The notes under the pieces: generated by a model
What the model was told of the DNA's origin: nothing
What the model saw: only the letters and a program-made list of their open reading frames with translations
Databases searched by the model: none
Program-made: the position numbers and the translations under genes
DNA from: Oscillospiraceae bacterium
GTDB taxonomy: Bacteria > Bacillota > Clostridia > Oscillospirales > SIG627
Reading direction: 5' to 3'
Assembly: GCA_015065085.1 (NCBI GenBank)
Contig: SVQW01000007.1
Span: 991-64,990, forward strand
Length of the DNA stretch: 64,000 nucleotides
Part shown: in pieces, positions 27,046 through 36,370 of the stretch
Layout of the letters: each line of letters begins with the position of its first letter
How positions within the stretch are numbered: position 1 is the stretch's first letter

Positions 27046-27068
27046 ACGCGGGTTTGTTAAACCCACGT
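27046..27068. repeat. Palindromic unit ACGCGGGTTTGTTAAACCCACGT (copy 2), followed by T5
   Basis: It matches copy 1 at 21 of 23 positions in the same orientation. With the T-run it looks like a plus-strand terminator. Confidence 0.7.
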
Positions 27069-27073
27069 TTTTG

Positions 27074-27967
27074 TTATTCAAAGCTAAGCGTATACACCTT
27101 ACCGCGGATGTCGCTGTAATACAGCTTACCGTCGTAATAACAGATGAATTCGGGTTCATGGTCAAGACCTATGGGATACAGGTCGAAAAAGGCGAACTGC
27201 TTTCTGTTTACTGCGTCGGCAATGAGAAGACGCGGCATAAAGGGAAAATTCTTTCGCTTTTCCTCATCCTGCGGAACGGTTCCGCCCTCGACGGAAAATA
27301 TCTTTCCGTCATAATAGCATGCGCCCTGAAGCAGAGAGGAATACTCACAGTCAAACTGATTTATAATGTCCTCTTCATTAAGGGTTAATACGTTTGCACC
27401 GTATATACCGCTGTATGTGCCGGCAGTATATTCGGGCAAGTCGAACTCGAAAAATCTTGTGACCTTTTCCTTATCGCGCATTACAAATCCGTAATACTTT
27501 TTCCGGTCGGTATCTACCACAAAATTGCCGTAGGGACGCAGGTCGCGGTTATTTTCGAGGGATTTCCACAAATCCAGATTTTCCGTAAAGCCGATTTTTA
27601 TTATCTGAACGAGCTTTGAAGAAAATTCCTTGCCCTCGTTGGTGATGCGGTATACACAGCACACACCCTCCATGCGGTCGCGCTCATTCATATAACTGTT
27701 GTAAACATTTGCATATAACAGCGGAAAGCTGTCCTTTTCGTCGTAAAAATCACTGCCGAAGCACACAGCGTTGCAGTGAGCCGTGATTAAGTCGGATTTA
27801 TCAAGTCGGAAAGCGGAAATTTCCTTGTATGTATCCATGGCAAAAACACGGCAGCTTCCGTCATGGTCAAAGCGGAACATATATCCGCCGTAAATTGCGC
27901 CGTCCTGACCGTTGGCAGTGTCGCAAACGAAGGCTTGGGTTATTTTTTCGGCTGAAATTTTCATCAT
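27074..27967 (-). CDS. Hypothetical protein (297 aa), no family recognised
   Basis: A long ORF that overlaps the upstream membrane-protein gene by 4 nt. The composition is consistent with a coding region. Confidence 0.6.
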   Translation of the reverse strand: MMKISAEKITQAFVCDTANGQDGAIYGGYMFRFDHDGSCRVFAMDTYKEISAFRLDKSDLITAHCNAVCFGSDFYDEKDSFPLLYANVYNSYMNERDRMEGVCCVYRITNEGKEFSSKLVQIIKIGFTENLDLWKSLENNRDLRPYGNFVVDTDRKKYYGFVMRDKEKVTRFFEFDLPEYTAGTYSGIYGANVLTLNEEDIINQFDCEYSSLLQGACYYDGKIFSVEGGTVPQDEEKRKNFPFMPRLLIADAVNRKQFAFFDLYPIGLDHEPEFICYYDGKLYYSDIRGKVYTLSFE

Positions 27968-28347
27968 TTTTCTCCTTTATCAGAAAAAAGGTTTTTTGCT
28001 GCGGCACAGATACCTATAATTACCCAGTAGATTATCATAAATATAAGCAGAGAGGCAAAAATCATGCGGAAATCATTTCCATAGGGAAGTGTTGCAATGA
28101 CCAGACAGAAATCTGCACACAGCACTATGAAGTGTAAAATGCGTGCAACGCTTTTCGGCATTTTATTTATGCCGTGAATGAGCCCCGCAAGCCCCAGAAT
28201 AATCGAAAATATGAGAAAACGGCTCATGCTTTCAAAGGTGAGCACAAAGGTTGAAGTATCGCTTACACGCACAAACAGCGACATAAGGTAGGTTATCAGT
28301 GTAAAGCTCAGTGTTGCGGAAAAAATGACGTTTTTGAGTTTTTTCAT
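27964..28347 (-). CDS. Small integral membrane protein (4 predicted TM helices)
   Basis: The hydrophobic segment pattern. RBS AAAGGAGAAAAAAC precedes the ATG. Confidence 0.6.
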   Translation of the reverse strand: MKKLKNVIFSATLSFTLITYLMSLFVRVSDTSTFVLTFESMSRFLIFSIILGLAGLIHGINKMPKSVARILHFIVLCADFCLVIATLPYGNDFRMIFASLLIFMIIYWVIIGICAAAKNLFSDKGEK

Positions 28348-28403
28348 GTTTTTTCTCCTTTATAAGTGACACAAAATTCAGATACAGTCTTTTCGGTGCA
28401 CCG

Positions 28404-29009
28404 CTACGAACGTCTTATACGCTGTGTTACCATAACGTAAGGCGGGTCGGTTTTGTTGCAAAGAGCGTATTTGAGTACGTTGAAGTCATGGTTTGACAAC
28501 GCCGAAAGGTATTTTTCGATAAGCTCGCCCTCAATTTTGCCCTCAGGATGACCCGGATAAATGGTAACGGTAAGAATACCGCCGACGGTGAGCTTGTTTA
28601 CCGCCTTTTCAATGGCTTCAAGGGTGGTGGTGCGCAGTGTGGTAACCGATTTGTCGCCGCCGGGCAGATAGCCCAGATTGAACATTCCGCACGCCATTTC
28701 GCCCTCTTTTGGAACGTACTTGTCCAACTCGGAGTGGGAATCGTTAATCAGTGTGTAATTTTCATCGGCACCGCTCTTTTTAAGAAATGCCGAGGTGGAC
28801 TCCAGCGCCGCCGCCTGAATGTCAAAGGCATACACATTTATTCCGTACTGTGCCGCCAGACGGGACATAAACAGCGTATCGTTGCCGTTGCCCATGGTGA
28901 AATCGCACAGGTAAAGCGCCGAAAAGTCATCGGCTTTTTTGTCGTGATGGCATTCAGCCAGCGCACGGGTGATAAGGTCGTGAGCAAATTCAATATTATT
29001 TATCAGCAT
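28404..29009 (-). CDS. mnmM: Class I SAM-dependent methyltransferase of the YtqB/MnmM type
   Basis: The motif DFTMGNGNDTLFM resembles the D-x-T-x-G-N-G-x-D-T motif of YtqB-like methylases. It is paired with a ytqA-like gene as in B. subtilis. Confidence 0.6.
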   Translation of the reverse strand: MLINNIEFAHDLITRALAECHHDKKADDFSALYLCDFTMGNGNDTLFMSRLAAQYGINVYAFDIQAAALESTSAFLKKSGADENYTLINDSHSELDKYVPKEGEMACGMFNLGYLPGGDKSVTTLRTTTLEAIEKAVNKLTVGGILTVTIYPGHPEGKIEGELIEKYLSALSNHDFNVLKYALCNKTDPPYVMVTQRIRRS

Positions 29010-29931
29010 ATATTCCCTGGTAAGTGTCCCTTCTTACAAATTCTTTGTCGATTTCGTTAAGCACGCAAAACTTTTTCAGACTCCACATGGGGGCTGTGAG
29101 AAATTCTGCGGGCGCATCTCCCGTCAGCCTGCCCACCACAATTTCGGCAGGCAGAAGCTCCAGCTGACTGACGGTTATGTCTACGTATTGCTCTCGGCTC
29201 AATGCCGAAAGCTCACCTGTTTCGAGCATTTTCGCGATGGGTGTGTAGCTGAGGATATACAGAAGATGAAGCTTCACGCTGTGGGGAGCAAGCCTTGCCA
29301 CCTGACGGATGCTTTCCAGCATCATGTCTTTATTCTCGTGCGGCAGACCGTTTATAAGGTGAACGCAGATATTTATTCCGCGCTCCTTTAAAAGCCCGTA
29401 GCCCTTTAAAAAGTCCTCAAAGGTGTGACCGCGGTTTATAAGGCGGGCAGTGCTGTCGTGCACCGTCTGTAAGCCCAGCTCCACCGTCAGATACGTCCTT
29501 TTTGATATGTCATAAAAATAATCTGCTATCTCCTCGGTTATGCAGTCGGCACGTGTTGCCACGGCAAATCCGCATACATCGGGAAGAACAAGACATTTTT
29601 CATACAGCTCACGAAGCTTTTCCATGGGGGCGTAGGTGTTGGTATGAGCCTGAAGATATGGAATAAAACGGGCACTGTCCCACTTTTTTGCCATCCTTTC
29701 ACGCATGGCAAAGTATTGCTCTTCGATTGATAAAAGCGGGGACTGGGTAAAATCACCGCTTCCTCTGTCGGAGCAGTAGATGCATCCGCCCACACCGCAT
29801 TTCCCGTCAATATTGGGACAGGTAAAGCCCCCGTCCAGCGGTATTCGCACGGTTTTGCCGCCAAAGGTACGGCGCAGGTGATAATTCAGTGTGTGGTAAC
29901 GCTTGTTGTCGTCCGAATAAGGGAATTTCAT
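28996..29931 (-). CDS. ytqA: TIGR01212-type radical SAM protein (YtqA-like)
   Basis: The N-terminus is YHTLNYHLRRTFGGKTVRIPLDGGFTCPNIDGKCGVGGCIYCS. Confidence 0.75.
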   Translation of the reverse strand: MKFPYSDDNKRYHTLNYHLRRTFGGKTVRIPLDGGFTCPNIDGKCGVGGCIYCSDRGSGDFTQSPLLSIEEQYFAMRERMAKKWDSARFIPYLQAHTNTYAPMEKLRELYEKCLVLPDVCGFAVATRADCITEEIADYFYDISKRTYLTVELGLQTVHDSTARLINRGHTFEDFLKGYGLLKERGINICVHLINGLPHENKDMMLESIRQVARLAPHSVKLHLLYILSYTPIAKMLETGELSALSREQYVDITVSQLELLPAEIVVGRLTGDAPAEFLTAPMWSLKKFCVLNEIDKEFVRRDTYQGIYADK

Positions 29932-30941
29932 TTCAATTTATTCTTGCTTGTGGCGTATATCGCTTGAATGATTTCAAGTGAAACGATTGCGTCCTCTATG
30001 TCGCAGTACAAAGCGTCATTCCCTTTGACTGCCTCGTAAAAGTTGCCTATCATAATGGCGTGACCGTGACCCCATACGGATTTACCTACCGCAAGACTGC
30101 TGTTTTCGGAAACCTTTTCCAGCGAGCCGTCCTGATGGTTACGGCGGTAAAGTGTGTTTTCGCGGATAAGAAGCGAGCCTTTTTCGCCCACTATTTCTAT
30201 TTCAACAGGTGAGGACATGGCATGGCAGTTGGTAGCGTAGAATATGGCAGTGGCGCCGTTTTCGTACCAGAATGTCGCTTCAGCCGTATCCTCTACCTCG
30301 ATGGTTCCTTTGTTTTTGCGCAAAGCGACCGAGCCTTCGACACGCTCTATTTTTCCGCCCAGATAGTAAAGCAGGTCGATGGTGTGGATGGATTGATTCA
30401 TAAGCACACCGCCGCCCTCTTTTTCCCAGGTCCCGCGCCAGCCGCTTTCGGTATAGTACGCACCGCCTCTGTCCCAGGTGACAATACCCTTAAGACCCAG
30501 AAGCTTTCCGATTTCACCGCTTTCGATTATGCTCTTGGCGCTGACGGTGGAGTTTATAAGTCTGTTCTGGAAGGAAACGCACACTTTTTTGCCTGTTTCA
30601 CGGCTTACCTTAAGAATGTTGCGCGCACCCTCGGGGAGCATTGCGGCAGGCTTTTCAAGGTACACATCGTGACCTGCACGCATGGCGGCAATAGCCATTT
30701 CCTCGTGAAGATAGTGAGGTGTGCAGATGTGCACTACGTCGCAATCCACCTTTTCAAGAAGCTCTTTATAGTCCGAAAAGGTTTCTGCCTCGGGACAAAG
30801 AGCCGCGTTTGAAGCAAGACGGTCTTCACGTATGTCACACAGTGCCACAATATCGGCAAGGTCGTTCTTTTTAATGGCATCGATGTGGGTTTTGGAAATT
30901 CCACCGCATCCCAGAATAGCGGCTTTTAATAGAGTACTCAT
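29928..30941 (-). CDS. Gfo/Idh/MocA family oxidoreductase
   Basis: N-terminal Rossmann fold (AAILGCGGISKTH) and an EKP motif (YLEKPAA). Confidence 0.8.
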   Translation of the reverse strand: MSTLLKAAILGCGGISKTHIDAIKKNDLADIVALCDIREDRLASNAALCPEAETFSDYKELLEKVDCDVVHICTPHYLHEEMAIAAMRAGHDVYLEKPAAMLPEGARNILKVSRETGKKVCVSFQNRLINSTVSAKSIIESGEIGKLLGLKGIVTWDRGGAYYTESGWRGTWEKEGGGVLMNQSIHTIDLLYYLGGKIERVEGSVALRKNKGTIEVEDTAEATFWYENGATAIFYATNCHAMSSPVEIEIVGEKGSLLIRENTLYRRNHQDGSLEKVSENSSLAVGKSVWGHGHAIMIGNFYEAVKGNDALYCDIEDAIVSLEIIQAIYATSKNKLK

Positions 30942-30961
30942 AATATTGCCTTTCTTTGATT

Positions 30962-31600
30962 TTACTGATTTAATTCAAGAATATCCGTTTCACACAGATA
31001 TATTACGTCGTTTTCGGTGAGTGCACGCACAATACGTTTTTTTCCACACGCAGTGCAGGTGATGACTACGTTCACACGGTTTATGTCAACTCTTAATTTT
31101 TCCATTCCCGGGAAGCCTCCGCAGTCGCAATGAATTCTGCCGTCGGTGATAAAGTCCCTCAGCAGTAAAAGCACATCGTTCATGACCATAGGGTTTTCGT
31201 ACATGTCGTACGCTTCCTTGAGTACGTCCTCTTCGGCTTCGCCCTTTTCCTGCGCGAAGGTTTCCTCAAGGTACTTTTTGTTTTCCGCCATGGCCTTTTC
31301 GACCTTTTCTCGCTGACCGATATAGCATATGTCCAGAGCGGTGTAGGGACACTGCACGGTGAACAGCTCACGGCTGAAAAACGAAGCACTTGAGAGACGG
31401 GTGGTATGGTTGTCGGGGCAGGCAAGGCAGGGCACGGACAGAGTTATCTTTCTGTCATGAGACACCTTGATGTTAAGAGCCTCTCCGCAACGGCAGGCAA
31501 CGTCATGTCCGCCGGAAAGAGAAAAAATGTTTATGTCCTCCGTAACGGTTGAACCGCAGGCAGGGCAGATATATGCGATTGTAGTGGTCTGTAAATCCAT
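30962..31600 (-). CDS. Cys-rich hypothetical protein with N- and C-terminal zinc-ribbon-like pairs
   Basis: CPACG...CRCG, CLACP, and CDCG...CTACG. No family recognised. Confidence 0.55.
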   Translation of the reverse strand: MDLQTTTIAYICPACGSTVTEDINIFSLSGGHDVACRCGEALNIKVSHDRKITLSVPCLACPDNHTTRLSSASFFSRELFTVQCPYTALDICYIGQREKVEKAMAENKKYLEETFAQEKGEAEEDVLKEAYDMYENPMVMNDVLLLLRDFITDGRIHCDCGGFPGMEKLRVDINRVNVVITCTACGKKRIVRALTENDVIYLCETDILELNQ

Positions 31601-31614
31601 AATTTCCTCGTTTT

Positions 31615-32463
31615 CTATATTTTTATGCCGTTTACAACATATCGTTCATAGTAAAACAGGTATTGCTGAGCAATTCCCGCATACTGTCCGAAGTCGGGGA
31701 TTTTGCCGTCGAAGTATTTGGCAAGTATCTTTTTCACCCACACATCAACGGGAAAGCTGTCTGTCTTGTGATAGGCAAACAGCAGTACACAGGCGGCGAC
31801 CTTGTCGCCCACACCCTTTATCTGCTTAAGGTACTCCGAGGCATCGGCAGTGTTCATAGCGTACACGGCATCAAGGTCTATGTCGCCTAAGGTCACCTTT
31901 TTTGCCGCGTCGTATATGTATTTTGCACGGAAGCCCGTTTTGTATGAAAATATTTCTTCCTCGCCGGCCTCAAAAAGTCGCTTTGCGGTGGGGAAGGAGT
32001 AAAACTCACGTCCGTCGGGGGAATATATTTTTTCGCCGTAAGAACGGCTGAGATTTTCGATTATTTTTTTGATTCTGGGAATGTTGTTGTTTTGAGAAAT
32101 AATAAAGGAGCACAGCGCTTCCCATGGGTCCTGACGGAGAATACGGATTCCTTTTCCGATTTCCGCCGCCTCCTTCATAACACCGCCCATAGCCGAAAAA
32201 GCATCTGACAGTGCCTTGTAGTCGGTGTCCATATCCAGAAAACTGCGCCAGACGGAATCGTAGTCGCCCTTGTCGGCACCGTACAGCAGTATTTTGCCGT
32301 TTTTGTCCTTTTCTGCCCGCAGGTATTTGGAAAACGCCACACCCTCATAGGAGCCGTCGGAGCAGCGTTCAAACCGGAAGCACTGACCGCAGTTGAAAAT
32401 TTTGTCGGGCACGAAGTGGCTGTCTGCACCGACAGTGTATATTTTGCGTGTTGTAAGCATCAT
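31615..32463 (-). CDS. ogg: 8-oxoguanine DNA glycosylase / HhH-GPD family (Ogg1-type)
   Basis: HhH-GPD region GVGDKVAACVLLFAY...FPVDVWV, with an OGG_N-like N-terminus. Confidence 0.7.
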   Translation of the reverse strand: MMLTTRKIYTVGADSHFVPDKIFNCGQCFRFERCSDGSYEGVAFSKYLRAEKDKNGKILLYGADKGDYDSVWRSFLDMDTDYKALSDAFSAMGGVMKEAAEIGKGIRILRQDPWEALCSFIISQNNNIPRIKKIIENLSRSYGEKIYSPDGREFYSFPTAKRLFEAGEEEIFSYKTGFRAKYIYDAAKKVTLGDIDLDAVYAMNTADASEYLKQIKGVGDKVAACVLLFAYHKTDSFPVDVWVKKILAKYFDGKIPDFGQYAGIAQQYLFYYERYVVNGIKI

Positions 32464-32485
32464 AATTTTTACCTTGAAAGGGGAT

Positions 32486-32521
32486 TCAAAAATTAAAGCC
32501 TGCCCGACGGGCAGGCTTTAA
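32486..32521 (-). terminator. Rho-independent terminator after the DUF4430-like gene
   Basis: AAAGCCTGCCC-GAC-GGGCAGGCTTT, followed by AATTTTTG on the minus strand. Confidence 0.75.
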
Positions 32522-32530
32522 TATAAGTTT

Positions 32531-32944
32531 TTAGTCAGCGTTTGCGTAGGGGTTCTTCTTGCAGTATACGGTAAGTACGTCCTGGTCCCAAACAAGCTCT
32601 GCCGCCATGCCCATTTCGGGGTCTTTGCCGTTGATCTTGAAGGTCCAGAAGTATTCGCTGTCGGAATCGCTGTTGTCCACATCGCCTATAACAGCAAGGC
32701 TGTTGCCGTAGGAGTCCTCAGCAAAGGGAATGTCCTGCTCCTGAAGGAACTGCTCGATTGCCATAAGTACGGTGGGATCGGTATCTTCAACGGTTACAAT
32801 ACCGTTTGCCATGACATCGCCGTTACGGTCGGTGATTTTGATGGTTACGCCTGCAATACGCTTCTGAACTCTGTTACAGGAAGCGAAAACGCCCACGATG
32901 GCAACAAGTGCGAGAAGAAGAGCGATAATTCTTGTCTTTTTCAT
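32531..32944 (-). CDS. Lipoprotein, DUF4430-like
   Basis: Signal peptide with lipobox VFASC. The FWTFKINGK segment recalls DUF4430 (from memory). Confidence 0.5.
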   Translation of the reverse strand: MKKTRIIALLLALVAIVGVFASCNRVQKRIAGVTIKITDRNGDVMANGIVTVEDTDPTVLMAIEQFLQEQDIPFAEDSYGNSLAVIGDVDNSDSDSEYFWTFKINGKDPEMGMAAELVWDQDVLTVYCKKNPYANAD

Positions 32945-33072
32945 GATAGTTCTCCTTTATATATAGTTTAACTGAATTATATCAAAAAAACGTTTGTTTG
33001 TCAATAGTTTCTTCAAAAAATATGGTTCTTCCATATGTTACAGCAATTTTGCATTGAAATTGAGCTGAGGAT

Positions 33073-33090
33073 GTGTTATGATATTAACCG
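33073..33090. promoter_or_regulatory. Weak Rex-like site upstream of adhE
   Basis: GTGTTATGATATTAACCG against TTGTTAAnnnnTTAACAA gives 10 of 14 specified positions. This is low confidence. Confidence 0.2.
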
Positions 33091-33185
33091 TAAAAGATAA
33101 ACTTCGTTTTCGTGAAATATAAAAGTATATGCTTTTTTGTTTCGGGAAAAAATATAGTAAAAATATTTTCCGAAAGGAGAAAAAC

Positions 33186-35771
33186 ATGCACGAAAACGTA
33201 AATGATGCAAAAAGCCTTGAAAAAGCACTTGAAGGGCTGAAAAACGCACAGAAAATATATTCCTCGTATACGCAGGAACAGGTTGACGGGATTTTTGCCG
33301 CCGCGGCAAAAGCGGCAAACAATGCACGTATACCTCTTGCGAGAATGGCGTTTGAGGAAACGGGAATGGGTGTGGTTGAGGATAAGACAATAAAAAACCA
33401 CTATGCTTCCGAGTATGTATATAACGCCTACAAAAATACCCTTACCTGCGGAATAATCGAGCGCGACAGCGCGGGCGGAATAATAAAAACCGCTCATCCG
33501 ATAGGCGTTATTGCCGCGGTTATCCCCACAACAAACCCCACCTCTACCGCGATTTTCAAGTGCCTTCTGGCACTAAAAACACGTAATGCAATTATGCTCA
33601 GCGCTCATCCCCGTGCAAAGAATTGCACTGCCGAGGCGGCGCGGATTGTACTGGAGGCGGCGGTTAAGGCGGGCGCACCCGAGGGTATAATCGACTGGAT
33701 AGACACCCCCTCGGCACAGCTTACCGAAGCTCTTATGAAATCCTGCGATATGATACTTGCCACGGGCGGACCGGGAATGGTCAAGGCTGCATACTCAAGC
33801 GGTAAACCCGCTGTGGGCGTAGGCGCGGGAAACACTCCCGCACTGATTGACGAAAGCGCCGATATAGCTATGGCGGTCAACCATATCATAATTTCCAAAA
33901 CCTTTGATAACGGCATGATTTGCGCTTCCGAGCAGGCGGCAGTTGTGTGCAAGGGCATTGCGGATAAAGTGAAACTGGAATTTGAAAAAAGAGGATGTGT
34001 TTTTACCGCGCCCCAAGAAACTCAAATGCTGGCTGACACACTTTTCAAGGAGGAAAATCTCAATCCTGCTGTTGTGGGAAAATCAGCTCATGAAATTGCC
34101 CGAATGGCAGGCTTTGAGGTACCTGAAAGCACAAGAATTTTAATTTGCCCCACTGACGGAATAGGTCATTCCTATCCTCTTTCCCGTGAAAAGCTGTGCC
34201 CTGTTCTGGCATTTTATGAAGCCGAAAGCTTTGAAGAAGCGGTTGAAAAGTCGGAAAAGCTGGTGCAGAACGGGGGAGCGGGTCACACCGCTTCGCTGTT
34301 TATCGACCCGTCGCACAGAGAAAGGCTTGAGAGCTTTTCAAACCGTTTGACGGCATGCCGTATAATTGTTAATTCGCCCGCCTCTCACGGAGCCATCGGC
34401 GATATTTTCAATTTCCGCCTTGCGCCCTCTCTTACACTGGGCTGTGGCTCATGGGGCGGAAACAGTGTGGCGGAAAATGTAGGAGTAAAACAACTTCTGA
34501 ACATCAAGACCGTTGCCGAAAGGAGAGAAAACATGCTGTGGTTCCGTACTCCCCAAAAGATATTTTTAAAGCGCGGATGTCTTGGCTCGGCACTTGAGGA
34601 GCTGAAGAACAAAAAGAGAATATTCGTAGTGACGGATGAATTTCTTTTTAAAAACGGTTTTCTTGATGCCGTTACCAAAAAGCTATCCGAAATGGGCATT
34701 TCAACGGCGGTTTTCAGCGATGTGCAGCCTGATCCCACACTTGCGAGTGCACGGGAGGGCGCACGCAGTATGACCGCCTTTGAACCTGATGCGGTTATAG
34801 CCTTCGGCGGCGGAAGTGCCATGGATGCGGCAAAGATTATGTGGCTTTTGTACGAGCATCCCGACACCGACTTCGGCGACCTTGCAATGCGCTTTTTCGA
34901 TATCAGAAAACGCGTGTATTCTTTCCCTGAAATGGGCGGAAAGGCTGATTTTATCGCTATTCCCACCACGGCGGGCACGGGAAGCGAGGTTACACCCTTC
35001 GCGGTTATTACCGACAGCGAAAACGGCGGAATCAAGTATCCTCTTGCGGATTATGAATTGATGCCCGACATGGCGATAGTGGATGCCGACCTGCAGATGA
35101 AAGCCCCCAAAAGTCTTACTGCCGCTTCGGGCATAGATGCCTTAACCCATGCGCTTGAGGCGTATGTGTCTATGGTTGCCACCGACTATACAGATGCTCT
35201 TGCGCTTAAATCGCTGAAAACCGTGTTTGAATTTCTGCCCCGCGCTTTTGAGCATGGCGAAAACGACCCCGAGGCGCGGGAAAAAATGGCGGATGCGGCA
35301 ACAATGGCGGGCATGGCATTTGCCAACGCTTTTCTGGGCATATGCCACTCCATGGCGCATAAGCTGGGAAGCTTCTTTCACTTGCCCCATGGTGTTTCCA
35401 ACGCATTGCTCATCACTCATGTTATGCGTTACAACGCGTCTGAAAAACCGGTAAAGCCCGGTGTTTTTCCTCAGTATAAGTATCCCTCGGCACTCAGACG
35501 TTACGGTGAGATAGCGTCGGCACTGGGGCTTGAGGGACAGAATGATTGCCAAAAGCTGGAAAAGCTCATTGAAGCGGTGGATAACCTGAAAGAAAAGATA
35601 GGAGTAAAGCATTGCATCCGCGACTACGGCGTAGACGAAAAAGAGTTTGCCGATGTCCTTGACAAGCTGTGCGAAATGGCGTTTGACGACCAGTGCACAG
35701 GCGCAAATCCGCGTTACCCGCTGATGAGTGAAATGAAAGAGATATATCTGAAAGCATATTATGGAGAGTAG
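33186..35771 (+). CDS. adhE: Bifunctional acetaldehyde-CoA/alcohol dehydrogenase
   Basis: 861 aa, with an N-terminal ALDH domain and a C-terminal Fe-ADH domain (GGGSAMDAAK, HxxxH region). The start is the ATG at 33186 after AAAGGAGAAAAAC. Confidence 0.95.
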   Translation: MHENVNDAKSLEKALEGLKNAQKIYSSYTQEQVDGIFAAAAKAANNARIPLARMAFEETGMGVVEDKTIKNHYASEYVYNAYKNTLTCGIIERDSAGGIIKTAHPIGVIAAVIPTTNPTSTAIFKCLLALKTRNAIMLSAHPRAKNCTAEAARIVLEAAVKAGAPEGIIDWIDTPSAQLTEALMKSCDMILATGGPGMVKAAYSSGKPAVGVGAGNTPALIDESADIAMAVNHIIISKTFDNGMICASEQAAVVCKGIADKVKLEFEKRGCVFTAPQETQMLADTLFKEENLNPAVVGKSAHEIARMAGFEVPESTRILICPTDGIGHSYPLSREKLCPVLAFYEAESFEEAVEKSEKLVQNGGAGHTASLFIDPSHRERLESFSNRLTACRIIVNSPASHGAIGDIFNFRLAPSLTLGCGSWGGNSVAENVGVKQLLNIKTVAERRENMLWFRTPQKIFLKRGCLGSALEELKNKKRIFVVTDEFLFKNGFLDAVTKKLSEMGISTAVFSDVQPDPTLASAREGARSMTAFEPDAVIAFGGGSAMDAAKIMWLLYEHPDTDFGDLAMRFFDIRKRVYSFPEMGGKADFIAIPTTAGTGSEVTPFAVITDSENGGIKYPLADYELMPDMAIVDADLQMKAPKSLTAASGIDALTHALEAYVSMVATDYTDALALKSLKTVFEFLPRAFEHGENDPEAREKMADAATMAGMAFANAFLGICHSMAHKLGSFFHLPHGVSNALLITHVMRYNASEKPVKPGVFPQYKYPSALRRYGEIASALGLEGQNDCQKLEKLIEAVDNLKEKIGVKHCIRDYGVDEKEFADVLDKLCEMAFDDQCTGANPRYPLMSEMKEIYLKAYYGE

Positions 35772-35782
35772 TATGCAGTCAA

Positions 35783-35810
35783 TGCGAAATTTACAATTCG
35801 CAATTCGCAA
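35783..35810. repeat. Heptamer repeat (TGCGAAA TTTACAA TTCGCAA TTCGCAA) related to the one at 10865
   Basis: Read directly. It starts 12 nt after the adhE stop and lies before the terminator. Confidence 0.8.
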
Positions 35811-35818
35811 TTATTGTT

Positions 35819-35842
35819 GAAAAACGCTTTGCGTTTTTCTTC
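35819..35842 (+). terminator. Terminator candidate for adhE
   Basis: GAAAAACGC-TTT-GCGTTTTTC followed by TTCC. Confidence 0.5.
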
Positions 35843-36370
35843 CATCTTGTAATTCTGAGAAGTACCGGCGCGAAAAAGCCTCCCCTGTGCAAGGGGAGGT
35901 GCCCGGAAGGGCGGAGTGTTGTCCTGCCCGCTTACTCATACGAGGAGGACGGTTGAGTATAAAAACAAGTAAATTTTACGGCAGTTTTACATATGAACAC
36001 AAAATTTAAAAAATATGACTTTAAAAATTAACATTTTTGTAGGATAATTTATATGTCAAATGCACCGTACAGAATGGTGGTCGTTTGACGTGAAAATCGC
36101 GAAAAACCGCATAAAAAGCCGTTTTTCGCCGTACAATACGTTTTTTTGCCTGTGTGAGTGTTTTGCAGTCACAAGGGTTTTTGCGCCTATTTGCAGACGG
36201 CACCCATCAACGGGTTTGAAAAACGAGAATTGAAATTATGCAAAAACGGGTCTGTGAACTGCCTGACGGCACTGCTTTTGCATAAAAGTACGTTAAAACT
36301 TTCACATACATTTAGGCTTTAATAAAAAAATCACTATAAATAAAGCAAATACGAAAGAAGGATGAGGATT

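Noticed and set aside
33038-33497. Three overlapping minus-strand ORFs (94-137 aa) across the adhE promoter and 5' end.
   Set aside because: They are antisense to the adhE start region and promoter, are AT-rich and lack RBSs.
35142-35810. A 222-aa minus-strand ORF starting in the heptamer repeat after adhE. Similarly, the MQIAIC... ORFs start in the repeat at 10865.
   Set aside because: It is antisense to adhE. The apparent starts are created by the ATTGCAA/ATTGCGA repeat units themselves.
35843-36361. A GC-rich hairpin, CCTCCCCT-GTGCA-AGGGGAGG (about 35879-35899), and the surrounding 500-bp spacer, considered as a possible tRNA, ncRNA or element remnant.
   Set aside because: There is no cloverleaf, no T-run and no second copy in the window. 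The evidence is insufficient for any call.
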